DNA of 64,000 nt from Spirochaetales bacterium (GCA_030615505.1 JAUWZD010000002.1:2436-66435); one strand, 5' to 3'. Shown: positions 49,963 through 59,895, counted from the stretch's first letter. Program-made: numbers and translations. The notes: generated by a model not told the origin, from the sequence alone.

Positions 49963-50649
49963 TTAGCTGTTATCATAATTTTCGAGAATACTACCGGTCT
50001 GGGTTATAATCCCGACCGCCCGCAGATGATCGTAGTACGATTTATCGCGGACACGTGTTGCGAGCGTTTCCGATCCCTGGAAAACCATCATCGTGGCGCT
50101 TATCAAGCAAGGACCAAGCACATCACAATCTACGTCTGCCGCAAGCGCATCAATCTCACGAGGAGCGATGTACTGCGGGATCTCTGAGCCATCAACTGAA
50201 GTTGTTACAGTCTCTTTGAGCTTGAGCGAGCCTGCCGCGACCGTGATGACAAAATAATCATCTACTGCGAAGTCCGTTGAGCCGTCGGTGATTTTGAAGG
50301 TAATGCCTGCGCCGGTGAAAACGATGACACCCCCTGCGCCTGCCGCGATAGTAATGTCATGAGCAATGAGCTTGCCGTTCGGATCGACGAGTTTGAAAAC
50401 TCCGCTGTTTATGATTGCCTCAATACAGGTTAGTCTGCAATCACCTACAATTGCAGGGCCACCTGCAGCGAGAGCCAGCTCAGTACACGTCCCGTTTCCG
50501 GTTCCAACTACTGCTGCTGCGGTTACGGCGCCTAGTGTTATCTCTCCAAGTGGCGAACCTTTTGCGATTTTAGCGCCTGCATCCTGCAGGATGGTTTTCA
50601 GTAATTTGTACGCTCCGCCAATTACTAGCGGTCTATTATCAAGATCCAT
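49963..50649 (-). CDS. Putative head decoration protein (gpD-like position), Gly/Ala-rich.
   Basis: Assigned by position between the protease and capsid genes. Confidence 0.35.
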   Translation of the reverse strand: MDLDNRPLVIGGAYKLLKTILQDAGAKIAKGSPLGEITLGAVTAAAVVGTGNGTCTELALAAGGPAIVGDCRLTCIEAIINSGVFKLVDPNGKLIAHDITIAAGAGGVIVFTGAGITFKITDGSTDFAVDDYFVITVAAGSLKLKETVTTSVDGSEIPQYIAPREIDALAADVDCDVLGPCLISATMMVFQGSETLATRVRDKSYYDHLRAVGIITQTGSILENYDNS

Positions 50650-50659
50650 AATTTCCTCC

Positions 50660-51910
50660 TTAGCCTATTTTCCGAATCTTTTTGCGGAAGGCGTCGAGCT
50701 GGACCTTGTCTGGCTCTTCTTCCTCTCCAGTCTCCCCGCTGCCGGTTTTCGTGGTACCGGTAGCGACATCACCTGGAGTATCGTCGCCTGCCTGGCCCTT
50801 CCCATCTTTTCCTGCCTGAGCCGCTTTTCGGATAGCTCCCTCAATGAGCGGATGAGCCTCTTCCATCGATTTGCCGGAGATGATTGCCTCGGCTACAACT
50901 TCCTTACATTCGGGTACGTTCTCCGCCCATGACATGAACTGCGTTACCCGCTTGTGTTCCTCAGATATCCCCGTCTCACGGCCTTTTTTGAGTACCTCCG
51001 CATACAGGCCGGGATTCTCTGCCCTAAATTCTTCAAGAGTCATAAGTTTGACCCCCTTATTTTTTGTTTTAGTCGCTCCTGGAGCGGCTTCATCCGGGGC
51101 AACGCCCTCGGTTTCTCCAATGTCCTGTTTTGATATTCCCTGTATTTTGTCGATCATGCCTACATTTTTCGCATCTTCAGCTACGAGAACCGCACCTCTA
51201 CCATAATCAGAGTTAACTTTCTCAGACGTTGTTTTGCGCCCCTCGGCTACACGAGAAGCGAAGACTCCATGAAGATCGTCCAATTCTTTCTGCCAGACCT
51301 TCTCGCCTTTTTTCGTAAGCGGTTCATATGCAGCTTTCTTTTCCGGTGCATCTGTCGAGGCTATGAGTACACGATCAAGCCCCTGCTCTTTGAAATACCG
51401 GGTGGGATCGAGGAAATCTATTATTACGCCGATGCTGCCGAACATTGCTACCGGGCTTGTGGCGGTGATTTTATCCGCTTGTGAAGCGATCCAATACGCA
51501 GCGGAAGCAGCAAGATTATCGATCCTCGCTTCAGTCGGTTTGTCGGCGCTTCCAACTGCCTGAGCGGATACATCTACGCCGTCTAAATATCCGCCCGGCG
51601 AATTGACATCCAGGACAATTTTTTCAACCTGCGGATCTGTATCCGCCTGGCCAAGTGCCTCGGCAATCTGATCATAAGTGAGTTTTGTGGCGGTCCCGAG
51701 GATCATGTCGATCCAACTGATTTTTCGGGTAAGTACACCGGAGACGGGGATATGTGCCTCGCCATTAACGACATTGTATAGTTTTGGTTTATCTGGCTTA
51801 TCTTTTTCTTCCAGAAGATCAAAAAGAGTTTCAATATTAACGATTGACAGGGCTTGTTCTTGGCGCTTGATATAATCAATAAGAAAGGTTTTTTCTAAGA
51901 GATATTTCAC
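50660..51910 (-). CDS. Head maturation protease (S49 / lambda gpC-like) fused to a scaffold-like C-terminus.
   Basis: VNSPGGYLDG S49 motif. The C-terminal half is acidic and helical. Confidence 0.7.
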   Translation of the reverse strand: MKYLLEKTFLIDYIKRQEQALSIVNIETLFDLLEEKDKPDKPKLYNVVNGEAHIPVSGVLTRKISWIDMILGTATKLTYDQIAEALGQADTDPQVEKIVLDVNSPGGYLDGVDVSAQAVGSADKPTEARIDNLAASAAYWIASQADKITATSPVAMFGSIGVIIDFLDPTRYFKEQGLDRVLIASTDAPEKKAAYEPLTKKGEKVWQKELDDLHGVFASRVAEGRKTTSEKVNSDYGRGAVLVAEDAKNVGMIDKIQGISKQDIGETEGVAPDEAAPGATKTKNKGVKLMTLEEFRAENPGLYAEVLKKGRETGISEEHKRVTQFMSWAENVPECKEVVAEAIISGKSMEEAHPLIEGAIRKAAQAGKDGKGQAGDDTPGDVATGTTKTGSGETGEEEEPDKVQLDAFRKKIRKIG

Positions 51911-52158
51911 TTTCCGCCTCCGTTCTTAGAGCCAAACTTCTCTATCACGCCAACACCCAGGAGTCCTGCGCCTGCATATATCAGTGTCTTGCCAGCCGCC
52001 AGTGCAGTATGGGGATCGGCGACTATTCTGGAAAGAGAAACGACGCCGACTATGCCGAGAAAAACCCCTCCAGCACCTATCAGAATTGTCCCGATCAGGC
52101 GCTTGCTACTTTTATTTCCTTGAGAATCATAAAAAAAGCCTGTTTTAATTTCATTCAT
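51907..52158 (-). CDS. Small two-TM membrane protein (holin-like).
   Basis: Gly-zipper TM segments GAGGVFLGIVGVV and AGAGLLGVGV. Confidence 0.4.
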   Translation of the reverse strand: MNEIKTGFFYDSQGNKSSKRLIGTILIGAGGVFLGIVGVVSLSRIVADPHTALAAGKTLIYAGAGLLGVGVIEKFGSKNGGGK

Positions 52159-52759
52159 ATTTCAGTTCCTTGTAGATAATTGCAAATTTTTTTACGTTCC
52201 GATCGAATTCGTCGATATCCAGACGTCTATTGAATCCATTCCCGTCTGCGAATCTGTCGGGCCAGGAGTCATTGAAAATAATCTCATCGGTTTTATTATC
52301 GTAGGCAACGACAGCGATAAAATGACCGGGTTCCACAAGGCAGATCTGGGCTGCGCATCCGAGCTTCAAATATGCGGCCAGTTTTCTAAAACTGCTAAGC
52401 CAAACGAATGTGCCATCGGCGTTGAAAACCTGTTTGACAGCAAACGGATACAATTGAGGGATTCGGTTGCCGGGGAATGAAACCGGGTCAACGTCATGGC
52501 GGATTTTTTCAAGCTCCTCATAATTCCGGGGATCGTTGAAAAAATCCATAAGAACCTCTTCGGGTTGCGGCTTATACGGCCCCGGACAATAGATTTTCAG
52601 GTTGTAGCCAAAGGCAGCTAGGCAATTTACGGCAGCCGTTGGTCCGCAGGATTCGAGCCAGCCTTCTCCCTTTCGCTTTTTGAGGAGCTGTTCGGTGGGA
52701 TTGTTAGTTTGACAATAATATTTGTCGGGATCCGCCCAAAATTTAGCCCCGTGAATCAT
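52151..52759 (-). CDS. Papain-fold cysteine peptidase (Peptidase_C39_2-like). No signal peptide.
   Basis: Catalytic Cys in ESCGPTAAVNCLAAFGY, His in PGHFIAVVAYD, and Asn/Asp in IIFNDSW. Confidence 0.5.
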   Translation of the reverse strand: MIHGAKFWADPDKYYCQTNNPTEQLLKKRKGEGWLESCGPTAAVNCLAAFGYNLKIYCPGPYKPQPEEVLMDFFNDPRNYEELEKIRHDVDPVSFPGNRIPQLYPFAVKQVFNADGTFVWLSSFRKLAAYLKLGCAAQICLVEPGHFIAVVAYDNKTDEIIFNDSWPDRFADGNGFNRRLDIDEFDRNVKKFAIIYKELKYE

Positions 52760-52995
52760 TTAGTTACCAGCTCCTTAATCTCTTTTACATCGTCCGAAAT
52801 ATTATCCAGTTTCGTTTCAATCACCGCTTGCTGAACTGAAAGTATTCTGATCTGTCCCTCATGGCTTTTGATGTCATTCCGCATATCACGAGTGGGGATC
52901 GTAGCCATGGTTATAATGATGCCGCCGAAAAATATACAGACTGCAATTATCACCGCTACCCATTTCGCGGTCGAGCTCTTGTAATTCAATCCCAT
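52756..52995 (-). CDS. Small membrane protein with an N-terminal TM and a periplasmic coiled coil.
   Basis: WVAVIIAVCIFFGGIIITMA is the TM, followed by a heptad-rich helix. Confidence 0.4.
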   Translation of the reverse strand: MGLNYKSSTAKWVAVIIAVCIFFGGIIITMATIPTRDMRNDIKSHEGQIRILSVQQAVIETKLDNISDDVKEIKELVTK

Positions 52996-53005
52996 TCAGA
53001 CCCCC

Positions 53006-54703
53006 TCATCGCAATTCCTCTATTACCATTTCCGCAACTTCCTCTTTCGCTTCTTCTTTATCGCCGTCTCCATTTTCCCCTGAAGGCAGTATTGCTGGAG
53101 CCAGCGATTTCTTCGCTTCGGTCAGTTCTGGATTTTCAACTTTTAGACGTTCGATGTTTTCGGAGAATTCCGATCCGTTATAGATCCTCGCTTCCCGTTC
53201 TCCAGTTGTATGTCCGAGACCAGTTCTGAGTTGGACAGCCTTGACCTCTTTAAGCGGATCAATTGAGGGCTTGCTGATTCCAGTCCAAGAGCAATTGAGC
53301 CAGGCACGGCGGGTAACAGCGGTTTTCCATCCAAGCGCTTTAATCCGATTTGATTCAATCTCTCCACCCATCCAAGCTTCCAGTAGAGGATTGAGAATAT
53401 CTGCCCCGATATTGACTCGGTATATGGCGATATCGTTCCAAAATAGGATCAGAGTCGCACGGGAAGCGGAATAATTTTGATTGAATGACATTTCCACACA
53501 TTCATCCGGGATTCCGATTGATGCGGAGAGACCCGATTTTATGGATTTGACAAACGTATCACGATTTGCGCTGGGACGTTTTGTGTCGATTTCACTGATT
53601 TTCTCGCCTGGCCCAAGATTCTGGATTATAAGACCGGGCTTATGAATTACGCCGGTTGTAGGCGGGTTGATCTGCGTAGATTCAAATAATTCTGCGCCGG
53701 TATTCCTTAGCCGGATGCCATCAAAAGGTCTTGAAGAAGCTTTCCCTTCCGACGGCTCAATATAAGCTGCGATACAAGCGTTGATTATCATCGACTCGAT
53801 TTCTGCGACATCGGCGTCGGTAAGTTTTTGCAACTCATGGATCATGTTTGCCAGTATGGGAATTCCCCGTACCTGGCCGACGGAATCAATGAGAGGCGAA
53901 TGGATCATGAAAAGTTTCCCGGATTTAGGGCCTTTTCGGATTACGCGGGTTGGTTTTCCAGTTTCCTCATCGTGGACATAATAGGCGATTTCCTCACCCG
54001 TTTTGCTGATTTCGATACCGTCAACAATTTTGTTACCACGAAGTTTCGCAGCTTTGAGCATTTCGGAGCTGCCGGGAGTATATATTTGATCAGGCTGAAA
54101 AAATTGAACATAGAGTGGATTCATGCGGGAATTATCAGATGAATAATGAAGGCGTAAAAATGTTTCGCCGTCTCGGAGTCTGTTAAGAAATTCAAAAGTT
54201 TCAAGTTGATAGAGCGTCATACGACCCGAGGCACTCGGCTCTTTCGAGTTTGCCCAGAGGTGGTACCGAGACTCAGTGTTACGAATCCAGACTCGCTTTT
54301 CTTCTTCAGATGCCTTCAGCCAGCAGATTTCCCAGATCGGCGCAGATTCCAGCTTCAGCCCGGTATTGACGGTATTGTCTACGAGCCTACCTATAAGTGC
54401 TCGGCCATGTACGCTTTCCCAATATGCGATGCGAGACCGCCGGCGTAATTTTTCATGATCGAGATTCCAGCCGGAAGGATAACCAAGTGCGCCTGGATAT
54501 TTCCCGCCTGAAAATGTCGAGGTCAATCCGCTCTGGCCTGTCCAAGAAGACATGGCTATAGCGGAGTGTCGGAATAATCGGCGGAGAGATGCCCGCCCTA
54601 GATCGATTTGCGTGCCGGGAAACTCTCGATCCAGTTCCTGAATTGCAGTGGCATAATCTCGGTCAACGGATTTTCTTCGGCGGAATAGATTGAGCAATTT
54701 CAT
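53006..54703 (-). CDS. Portal protein (lambda gpB family).
   Basis: 565 aa, directly downstream of TerL and gpW. Phage_portal_2-like. Confidence 0.75.
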   Translation of the reverse strand: MKLLNLFRRRKSVDRDYATAIQELDREFPGTQIDLGRASLRRLFRHSAIAMSSWTGQSGLTSTFSGGKYPGALGYPSGWNLDHEKLRRRSRIAYWESVHGRALIGRLVDNTVNTGLKLESAPIWEICWLKASEEEKRVWIRNTESRYHLWANSKEPSASGRMTLYQLETFEFLNRLRDGETFLRLHYSSDNSRMNPLYVQFFQPDQIYTPGSSEMLKAAKLRGNKIVDGIEISKTGEEIAYYVHDEETGKPTRVIRKGPKSGKLFMIHSPLIDSVGQVRGIPILANMIHELQKLTDADVAEIESMIINACIAAYIEPSEGKASSRPFDGIRLRNTGAELFESTQINPPTTGVIHKPGLIIQNLGPGEKISEIDTKRPSANRDTFVKSIKSGLSASIGIPDECVEMSFNQNYSASRATLILFWNDIAIYRVNIGADILNPLLEAWMGGEIESNRIKALGWKTAVTRRAWLNCSWTGISKPSIDPLKEVKAVQLRTGLGHTTGEREARIYNGSEFSENIERLKVENPELTEAKKSLAPAILPSGENGDGDKEEAKEEVAEMVIEELR

Positions 54704-54945
54704 CCATGCCTCCGAAACTGCACGGCAAGTATGCCGGTATCCCCGGATTCCTCGGCGAGAGCTTTTTCATATTTCTGTTCCCAAAAAGATAGTAAACGAA
54801 TGAGATCTGAAAGATCTGCACGGGTTACGGACTGGATGCCTTGACCTGTGTCGAGTTTGTATGATTGGCCTAATTGGACAGTTTCTATAGCCGTTTCAAG
54901 TGCTGTGATTTTTGCTTTGATTTCCGTAGACGTGCGGAGGCTCAT
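54700..54945 (-). CDS. Head-tail joining protein gpW-like.
   Basis: 81 aa between the terminase and portal genes. Confidence 0.35.
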   Translation of the reverse strand: MSLRTSTEIKAKITALETAIETVQLGQSYKLDTGQGIQSVTRADLSDLIRLLSFWEQKYEKALAEESGDTGILAVQFRRHG

Positions 54946-55106
54946 ACAGAACCTCCGAAGGCGGAAGAATCACGAGGCCAGTTATCACTTTGTTTCGGGT
55001 TGGCTTCATCGGGGGTCATCACTCCCCGGACGGGACGCTGGGCTGTAGGTATGCCAACGCTCGCCATGATAGGTTATGAAAAAATATACATATTAGAAAA
55101 AAAGTG

Positions 55107-56969
55107 TCAAGTATGTTCTTGAAAACCTTTTTCTGCCCATTGCCAGAAAAGTTCCCAGGAGAATTCCTTGTCTCCAAACGTCATTTCCCAGCGCTTGACG
55201 GCAAAATAACGGAGAGCACCCATAGCATAGACTCGGCAATCATGAGCGTGATTATCCCGTCCGTGTTTCAAATGCCAGGCATAATGAGGTTTGCCGAATT
55301 TGTCTTTTTCGGAGAATTTCTCTTCAGCAGTGAGCTGCCGGAAGTATTTTTCCCCGTACTCGCCAGGGAAATGACAATATCCGTATGGATAATCCTGCCC
55401 GGGTTCGGGGACGCCCTTGGCAAGATAGGAATATAATTCCTGCTTCAGCGAATCCGTATACAAATCGATTCGTTTCACTTGGTGGCCCCTATCTGTCAGG
55501 CTTTTCTCTATGAAAAGTTGGGCCTTCTGTCCTACTCTCGCATCGCCCATGATCGGGAAAACCCCATCCACGAACTGATCGCAGAATTCATATACTGTCG
55601 GCGTATTATATCCAGCATCAATAAATGCCATTTTGCTTTCCAAATCCGCATGTTTGGATAGTAATATGTTTTTCAGTTTTTGCCAGACCTCGCCCTCGAT
55701 TTTTTCTGTCTGGCCTTCAAGAATGAGATGGTTTACGCTCCAGCTCTCTTTGTCTTTCCCCCAAGCTAGCAGCTCTACTACGATGTTGTCGGCATGTACG
55801 TCCACACCGACAGTAAGAAAAAATGCCTTGCCAGGGCAAGTGCCAGTCGAATAACCTTCGCGCCGGAGCATGATCCGCTCATACCGGGGAGCTATGCCCT
55901 TTTCTATCCAGGTTTCGCCGAATACGGTATTAACGAAAACTCGGAGCATGGGCGGATCATCTTTGACTGTGATCCATTCCTGGCAGATTGATTCCCAGGA
56001 GCGCATACCTACCGGGGAATAGAAAGAGGCAAGATGATAGCTGCGATAATTCGGCTCCGTCGGAATTACCGTCGGGCGCCATTCGCCAAAACCAAGAAAC
56101 TCGGTTTTATCTGAGTTTTTCATTTCTCGATTACACTTATCGCACTCATAAAATACAGCCGGCCAGATAAGCCTTCCCATCTCATCTTGTTTGTAATGCA
56201 TGTGATCCCATTTTAGCACCTGGAATGTTCCGCACTTCAAGCAGGGAATATTATAATATCGTTGATCGCCTTTCAGAAATGCTTGCTTGATCCGGCTCGT
56301 CTGTTCAATCAATGGGGTTGAGATATCGAGGATTTTTCGAATGCTTTCAAAAGCATCCGTTCGCCGATCAGTCAATTTGATCGGATCTCCTTCTTTTGAG
56401 ACTTCCTGCGGGTAGGCATCTATCTCGTCTCGCAGCATATATCTAATCGAGATCATGCGGAGCTTGCCCCCGCTGTTCGGACCGACGGCCAGGAGGAAGC
56501 CGCCCGCAAATTCCTTTTTTGATTTTGTATCACCGGTTTTTTTGGAATGTTTTTTTTCCGATTGTGAAAATATTTTTCGGGACAATCCCGCAGACTCGAT
56601 CATCCTGTCAACTCGCAGCTCGATGCTCTGCTCGGCAACGGTTTTGTCTGCCGACAAGAACATCGTAGGCCCAGGAACTGCATCAATAATATAGCCGAGT
56701 ACGTTTTCCAGGATGCCAACCGTGAATCCGAGTTGAGCGCCCTTCATGATGGCAACATGCTGAATCGGCGAGGATTCCGAAAAACAATCGGCGATCTCCC
56801 GAAGATACGGTGTCACTTCCCACCGGAAAGGCCCCGGCATTGGGCTTATACCAACTGGCAGGAATCGTTTCTGTTCCGCCCACTCGGAAACTTTGAGGCG
56901 CGTATCTACCCTGAATCCTTCGGCTATGAGATGGTCGATCCAGATAGTTTCATCAAGCTCGCTCTGCAT
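55107..56969 (-). CDS. Terminase large subunit (lambda GpA family).
   Basis: N-terminal GpA-type ATPase region and C-terminal nuclease. 620 aa. Confidence 0.85.
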   Translation of the reverse strand: MQSELDETIWIDHLIAEGFRVDTRLKVSEWAEQKRFLPVGISPMPGPFRWEVTPYLREIADCFSESSPIQHVAIMKGAQLGFTVGILENVLGYIIDAVPGPTMFLSADKTVAEQSIELRVDRMIESAGLSRKIFSQSEKKHSKKTGDTKSKKEFAGGFLLAVGPNSGGKLRMISIRYMLRDEIDAYPQEVSKEGDPIKLTDRRTDAFESIRKILDISTPLIEQTSRIKQAFLKGDQRYYNIPCLKCGTFQVLKWDHMHYKQDEMGRLIWPAVFYECDKCNREMKNSDKTEFLGFGEWRPTVIPTEPNYRSYHLASFYSPVGMRSWESICQEWITVKDDPPMLRVFVNTVFGETWIEKGIAPRYERIMLRREGYSTGTCPGKAFFLTVGVDVHADNIVVELLAWGKDKESWSVNHLILEGQTEKIEGEVWQKLKNILLSKHADLESKMAFIDAGYNTPTVYEFCDQFVDGVFPIMGDARVGQKAQLFIEKSLTDRGHQVKRIDLYTDSLKQELYSYLAKGVPEPGQDYPYGYCHFPGEYGEKYFRQLTAEEKFSEKDKFGKPHYAWHLKHGRDNHAHDCRVYAMGALRYFAVKRWEMTFGDKEFSWELFWQWAEKGFQEHT

Positions 56970-57513
56970 CTGAGATTTCCTTTAAGAACTTTCGCAAGTC
57001 GGAGTCCATGGATTCGCTGATCTCACGGGCAAGTTGCTGAGAGTCTATTTTATCAAGAACTTTATGAATTGCTTTTGCCTTGCTGAGCTTTTCAATATGC
57101 CGGATCAGGATCGAGGCAAGAGTGTGCGCATGTCGGGCGGGTAAGGTCATCATGTGAGATTTTATGAGGGTCAATTTCGGGAGGAGCCTTTTTTGAAGAT
57201 TTTCTTTTGAGATAAGATCTCCCTCTTTTTCCTTGAATTTCAGTTCTTTGAGCTTGTAATCAATCTGCTTATTGGCAGCGAGAAGCTTCTGATATGTATT
57301 ATCTTTGACCTGATTCTTGCCCGCACCCATACCGCGGCTTTGATGGTCCTTCTCAGGGTGTCGATTCTGCGCCCAGGCTATGCTCTGAGAGGCCCAATCT
57401 ATCTTGCCGGAGGGTGTTTTAATGATGCGGCCTGTACCGATAGCCTTGTTTACGACTTGGCGGGAGACTCCCATGCGGCGGGCGAATTCGCTTTGAGAAA
57501 TTAATTCGGGCAT
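56953..57513 (-). CDS. Putative terminase small subunit (N-terminal HTH).
   Basis: ISQSEFARRMGVSRQVVNKAIGTGRI HTH, and position directly upstream of TerL. Confidence 0.5.
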   Translation of the reverse strand: MPELISQSEFARRMGVSRQVVNKAIGTGRIIKTPSGKIDWASQSIAWAQNRHPEKDHQSRGMGAGKNQVKDNTYQKLLAANKQIDYKLKELKFKEKEGDLISKENLQKRLLPKLTLIKSHMMTLPARHAHTLASILIRHIEKLSKAKAIHKVLDKIDSQQLAREISESMDSDLRKFLKEISDAERA

Positions 57514-58182
57514 TTAGACCTCTGGGAAGAGCAAAATAACGTCTTTGAGGAATTTCTCAATCCGTTTTTGTTTTCTCCGGTTGATAATGTTGATTATTTT
57601 TCCGGCGATGATAGGACTGACCGATTCTGAAATATCGCCGATTTGGACAAAGGTCTTATCCGGTTTTTCTATTACTTCCGGCTCTGTTTCTTCTTCAGGA
57701 TCATCAATCAGAATATCCTCGATATTTATGTCTGGCAATTCCAAGTCATCAACATTGATTTCCAGGCCGTCTATGAATTCATGTAGACCTTCCAGGTCAA
57801 TTGTGCCGTATTTGCTATTCAGGCGGAGAAGTTTCTGCTTGGCATCATCAATATCTTTAGCATCCACTCTGCAGGCAGGGAATCGAGGGAGCTGTCCTCC
57901 GAGTTGGCTGAATATCTGTAGGGCTATCAGGCGACCATGGCCGTCGAGTACATAGCGGTGGCCGTCCAGATAGGCGTAGAAGAAGGGGAAGGAAAAACCA
58001 TAGTCCCGAATGCTGCGCAAGATTTTGATAATATCGCTTTCGGTGCGGGTTTTAAGCTCGCTCTGGAAATCCTCGAAATAATCGAGAGGAAGATTTTCAT
58101 TACCGTTGCATTCGATGCGTATTTGGAATGGGAACTCCTGATCTGAGAGCTCGTTGACAATTGCGCCGAGATTTAGATCCAT
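57514..58182 (-). CDS. ParB-like nuclease domain protein, first gene of the late operon.
   Basis: YVLDGHGRLIAL ParB/sulfiredoxin-fold motif. Confidence 0.6.
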   Translation of the reverse strand: MDLNLGAIVNELSDQEFPFQIRIECNGNENLPLDYFEDFQSELKTRTESDIIKILRSIRDYGFSFPFFYAYLDGHRYVLDGHGRLIALQIFSQLGGQLPRFPACRVDAKDIDDAKQKLLRLNSKYGTIDLEGLHEFIDGLEINVDDLELPDINIEDILIDDPEEETEPEVIEKPDKTFVQIGDISESVSPIIAGKIINIINRRKQKRIEKFLKDVILLFPEV

Positions 58183-58190
58183 AGTGCCTC

Positions 58191-58237
58191 CTGTATAAAA
58201 AACTATACAGGGGGAGGCGGTTTGTCAACCTTGTCAA
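58191..58237 (-). promoter_or_regulatory. Late-operon promoter/operator: a perfect palindrome CTGTATA-N6-TATACAG (58191–58210) overlapping a -10-like TATAGT and abutting the SD. Two TTGTCAAC direct repeats supply TTGACA -35 hexamers.
   Basis: Minus strand reads TTGACAaggTTGACA-15nt-TATAGT...TATACAGGAGGcactATG. Confidence 0.4.
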
Positions 58238-58368
58238 CTCGAAAAAAAAAGTTATCAGTTTACACGCTCAATACTACTCACGTTTACCCTCTGATTCTAC
58301 AAGATCGAGCACAGTACCTTAATCTATTAGCAATTATCATGCCATGCTCCGGGGAACGGGATGCATGC

Positions 58369-58402
58369 GGGGGGAATTTAGGGGGAATTTAGGGGGAATA
58401 TT
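58369..58402. repeat. Three direct repeats of GGGGGAATTTA (11-bp period) about 190 bp upstream of the late operon.
   Basis: Read directly: GGGGGGAATTTAGGGGGAATTTAGGGGGAATATTT. Confidence 0.5.
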
Positions 58403-58844
58403 TCAGCTATAAAAAAGGCAGCCATATAAGCTGCCCAACCGACTTACGTCAGGGAGTCGTAAATATATATTAATTCACGGAATCCATAGTATCAAGTGTT
58501 CTTTTAGCACCGCTCATTATCGCCTAAAAGTATCGCAATAAATACCGCTGAGACGAGCATGAAGGGGTCTACAAGCGACTTTGTTAGCCAAATGGTACTT
58601 GGACACCATCTTTGCCTCATAATATCACATCGCTACAAATGTAAATCCTTATATTATCAGTAAATAAATATCTACTATTTCACCCCTCTCACACCGCCGT
58701 TATTTGCCTCTTTTCCCCGATTCTGCTATACTAATCTCATGGCTAAATTCAGAAAACAATTAGGCAAAAGCAGAGTACAAAAAGGTGGCAATAACGGAAC
58801 GCCAGTAAATCCAAAGCCACAGGCTTTGCGTCCTAAACCTCCTC

Positions 58845-59501
58845 TTGAAGATGGTAAAACACATGGCTAAATCCATATTCAGTATCACCACCGATGTGAA
58901 GAAATACACAAAGCAAATGAACCGGGTCAACAAGGAGCTGCTGCCGAAGGCGATAGGTAATACAATGAATCGTGCTTGCAACGCATCTCATAGCCGGAGC
59001 ATACGGAATATTAAAAGCGATCTTATTCTCCGTAATCAATACACCGAACGATCCATGATCCTCTGGAAATCGAAATACAAGCCTGGCCGGAGCATCGACC
59101 GTATCAGTGCTACTACTGGCTCTAAATCTCCTTACCTCCCGCTCCAGGAAACAGGCGGAGTTGTGAGAGCAAAAAAGAGCAAGATCCCTGTCCCCACCCT
59201 GGCGGGCAGGCGAGGCAAGTGGAGAAAGCCGATCCCGCCAAGCTTGCGGATGAACCGGATGGGAGCGATAGGCACTGAAGGCTCTAAGTTCTTTTTTATG
59301 AAAAGCCCAGGCGGGAAAAAGGGGATTTTCTATCGTAAGTCAAAAAAGAAGATCGTCAAAGTAAGGGATATTTCCAGGCGGAGCTATCGGATCAAGGCTA
59401 CTCGTTGGCATAGTGAGGCAGTAAAGAAATTCGGCAATAAGCGTATTATGGGCCAGCTATTTGTCCAGGAGGCTAAGAGGCAGTTGGCGAAGGTGAGTTA
59501 G
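58845..59501 (+). CDS. Hypothetical very basic phage protein.
   Basis: 218-aa ORF, Lys/Arg-rich. Start uncertain (TTG at 58845, ATG at 58851 or 58866). Confidence 0.35.
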   Translation: MKMVKHMAKSIFSITTDVKKYTKQMNRVNKELLPKAIGNTMNRACNASHSRSIRNIKSDLILRNQYTERSMILWKSKYKPGRSIDRISATTGSKSPYLPLQETGGVVRAKKSKIPVPTLAGRRGKWRKPIPPSLRMNRMGAIGTEGSKFFFMKSPGGKKGIFYRKSKKKIVKVRDISRRSYRIKATRWHSEAVKKFGNKRIMGQLFVQEAKRQLAKVS

Positions 59502-59527
59502 GGGTGATTTTGCGAAGATACAGAAAA

Positions 59528-59842
59528 TCAGGTTATCGCCATGAGAGCGATGGTCCCGCCAAGAACAATCAGCATGATGTGTAAAATCGTGTATATCAAG
59601 GCCAACGGGATTTGTTTGGCGATCTCCTCTTTTTTTCTACGCTTGATCAACTCAATGAAGGTGTGAATATGATACAATGCTCCCAAAACACCCGCAATAA
59701 AGATAGTGATCTTCGCGGTACAAGCTAATCTGGGTGGAATTTCCCCTCCGAATCTAAACAGCGCGGAAATGCCAAAATATAGCAATAGAGATAGATAAGT
59801 GGTTCTTATTTGAACACCCTTCATAAACTGTATCTGATCCAT
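59528..59842 (-). CDS. Small polytopic membrane protein (accessory gene).
   Basis: Three or four TM helices. ATG 59842 has a GGAGG SD. Low-GC block. Confidence 0.45.
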   Translation of the reverse strand: MDQIQFMKGVQIRTTYLSLLLYFGISALFRFGGEIPPRLACTAKITIFIAGVLGALYHIHTFIELIKRRKKEEIAKQIPLALIYTILHIMLIVLGGTIALMAIT

Positions 59843-59895
59843 AGCGACCTCCAGCTTCAAGTATTTGACCCCTTCAGACACGGCTGGGGAGGGGT

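Noticed and set aside
58760-59039. Minus-strand ORFs 58760..58981 and 58833..59039.
   Set aside because: They overlap the longer plus-strand 218-aa ORF and have no SD. Likely spurious.
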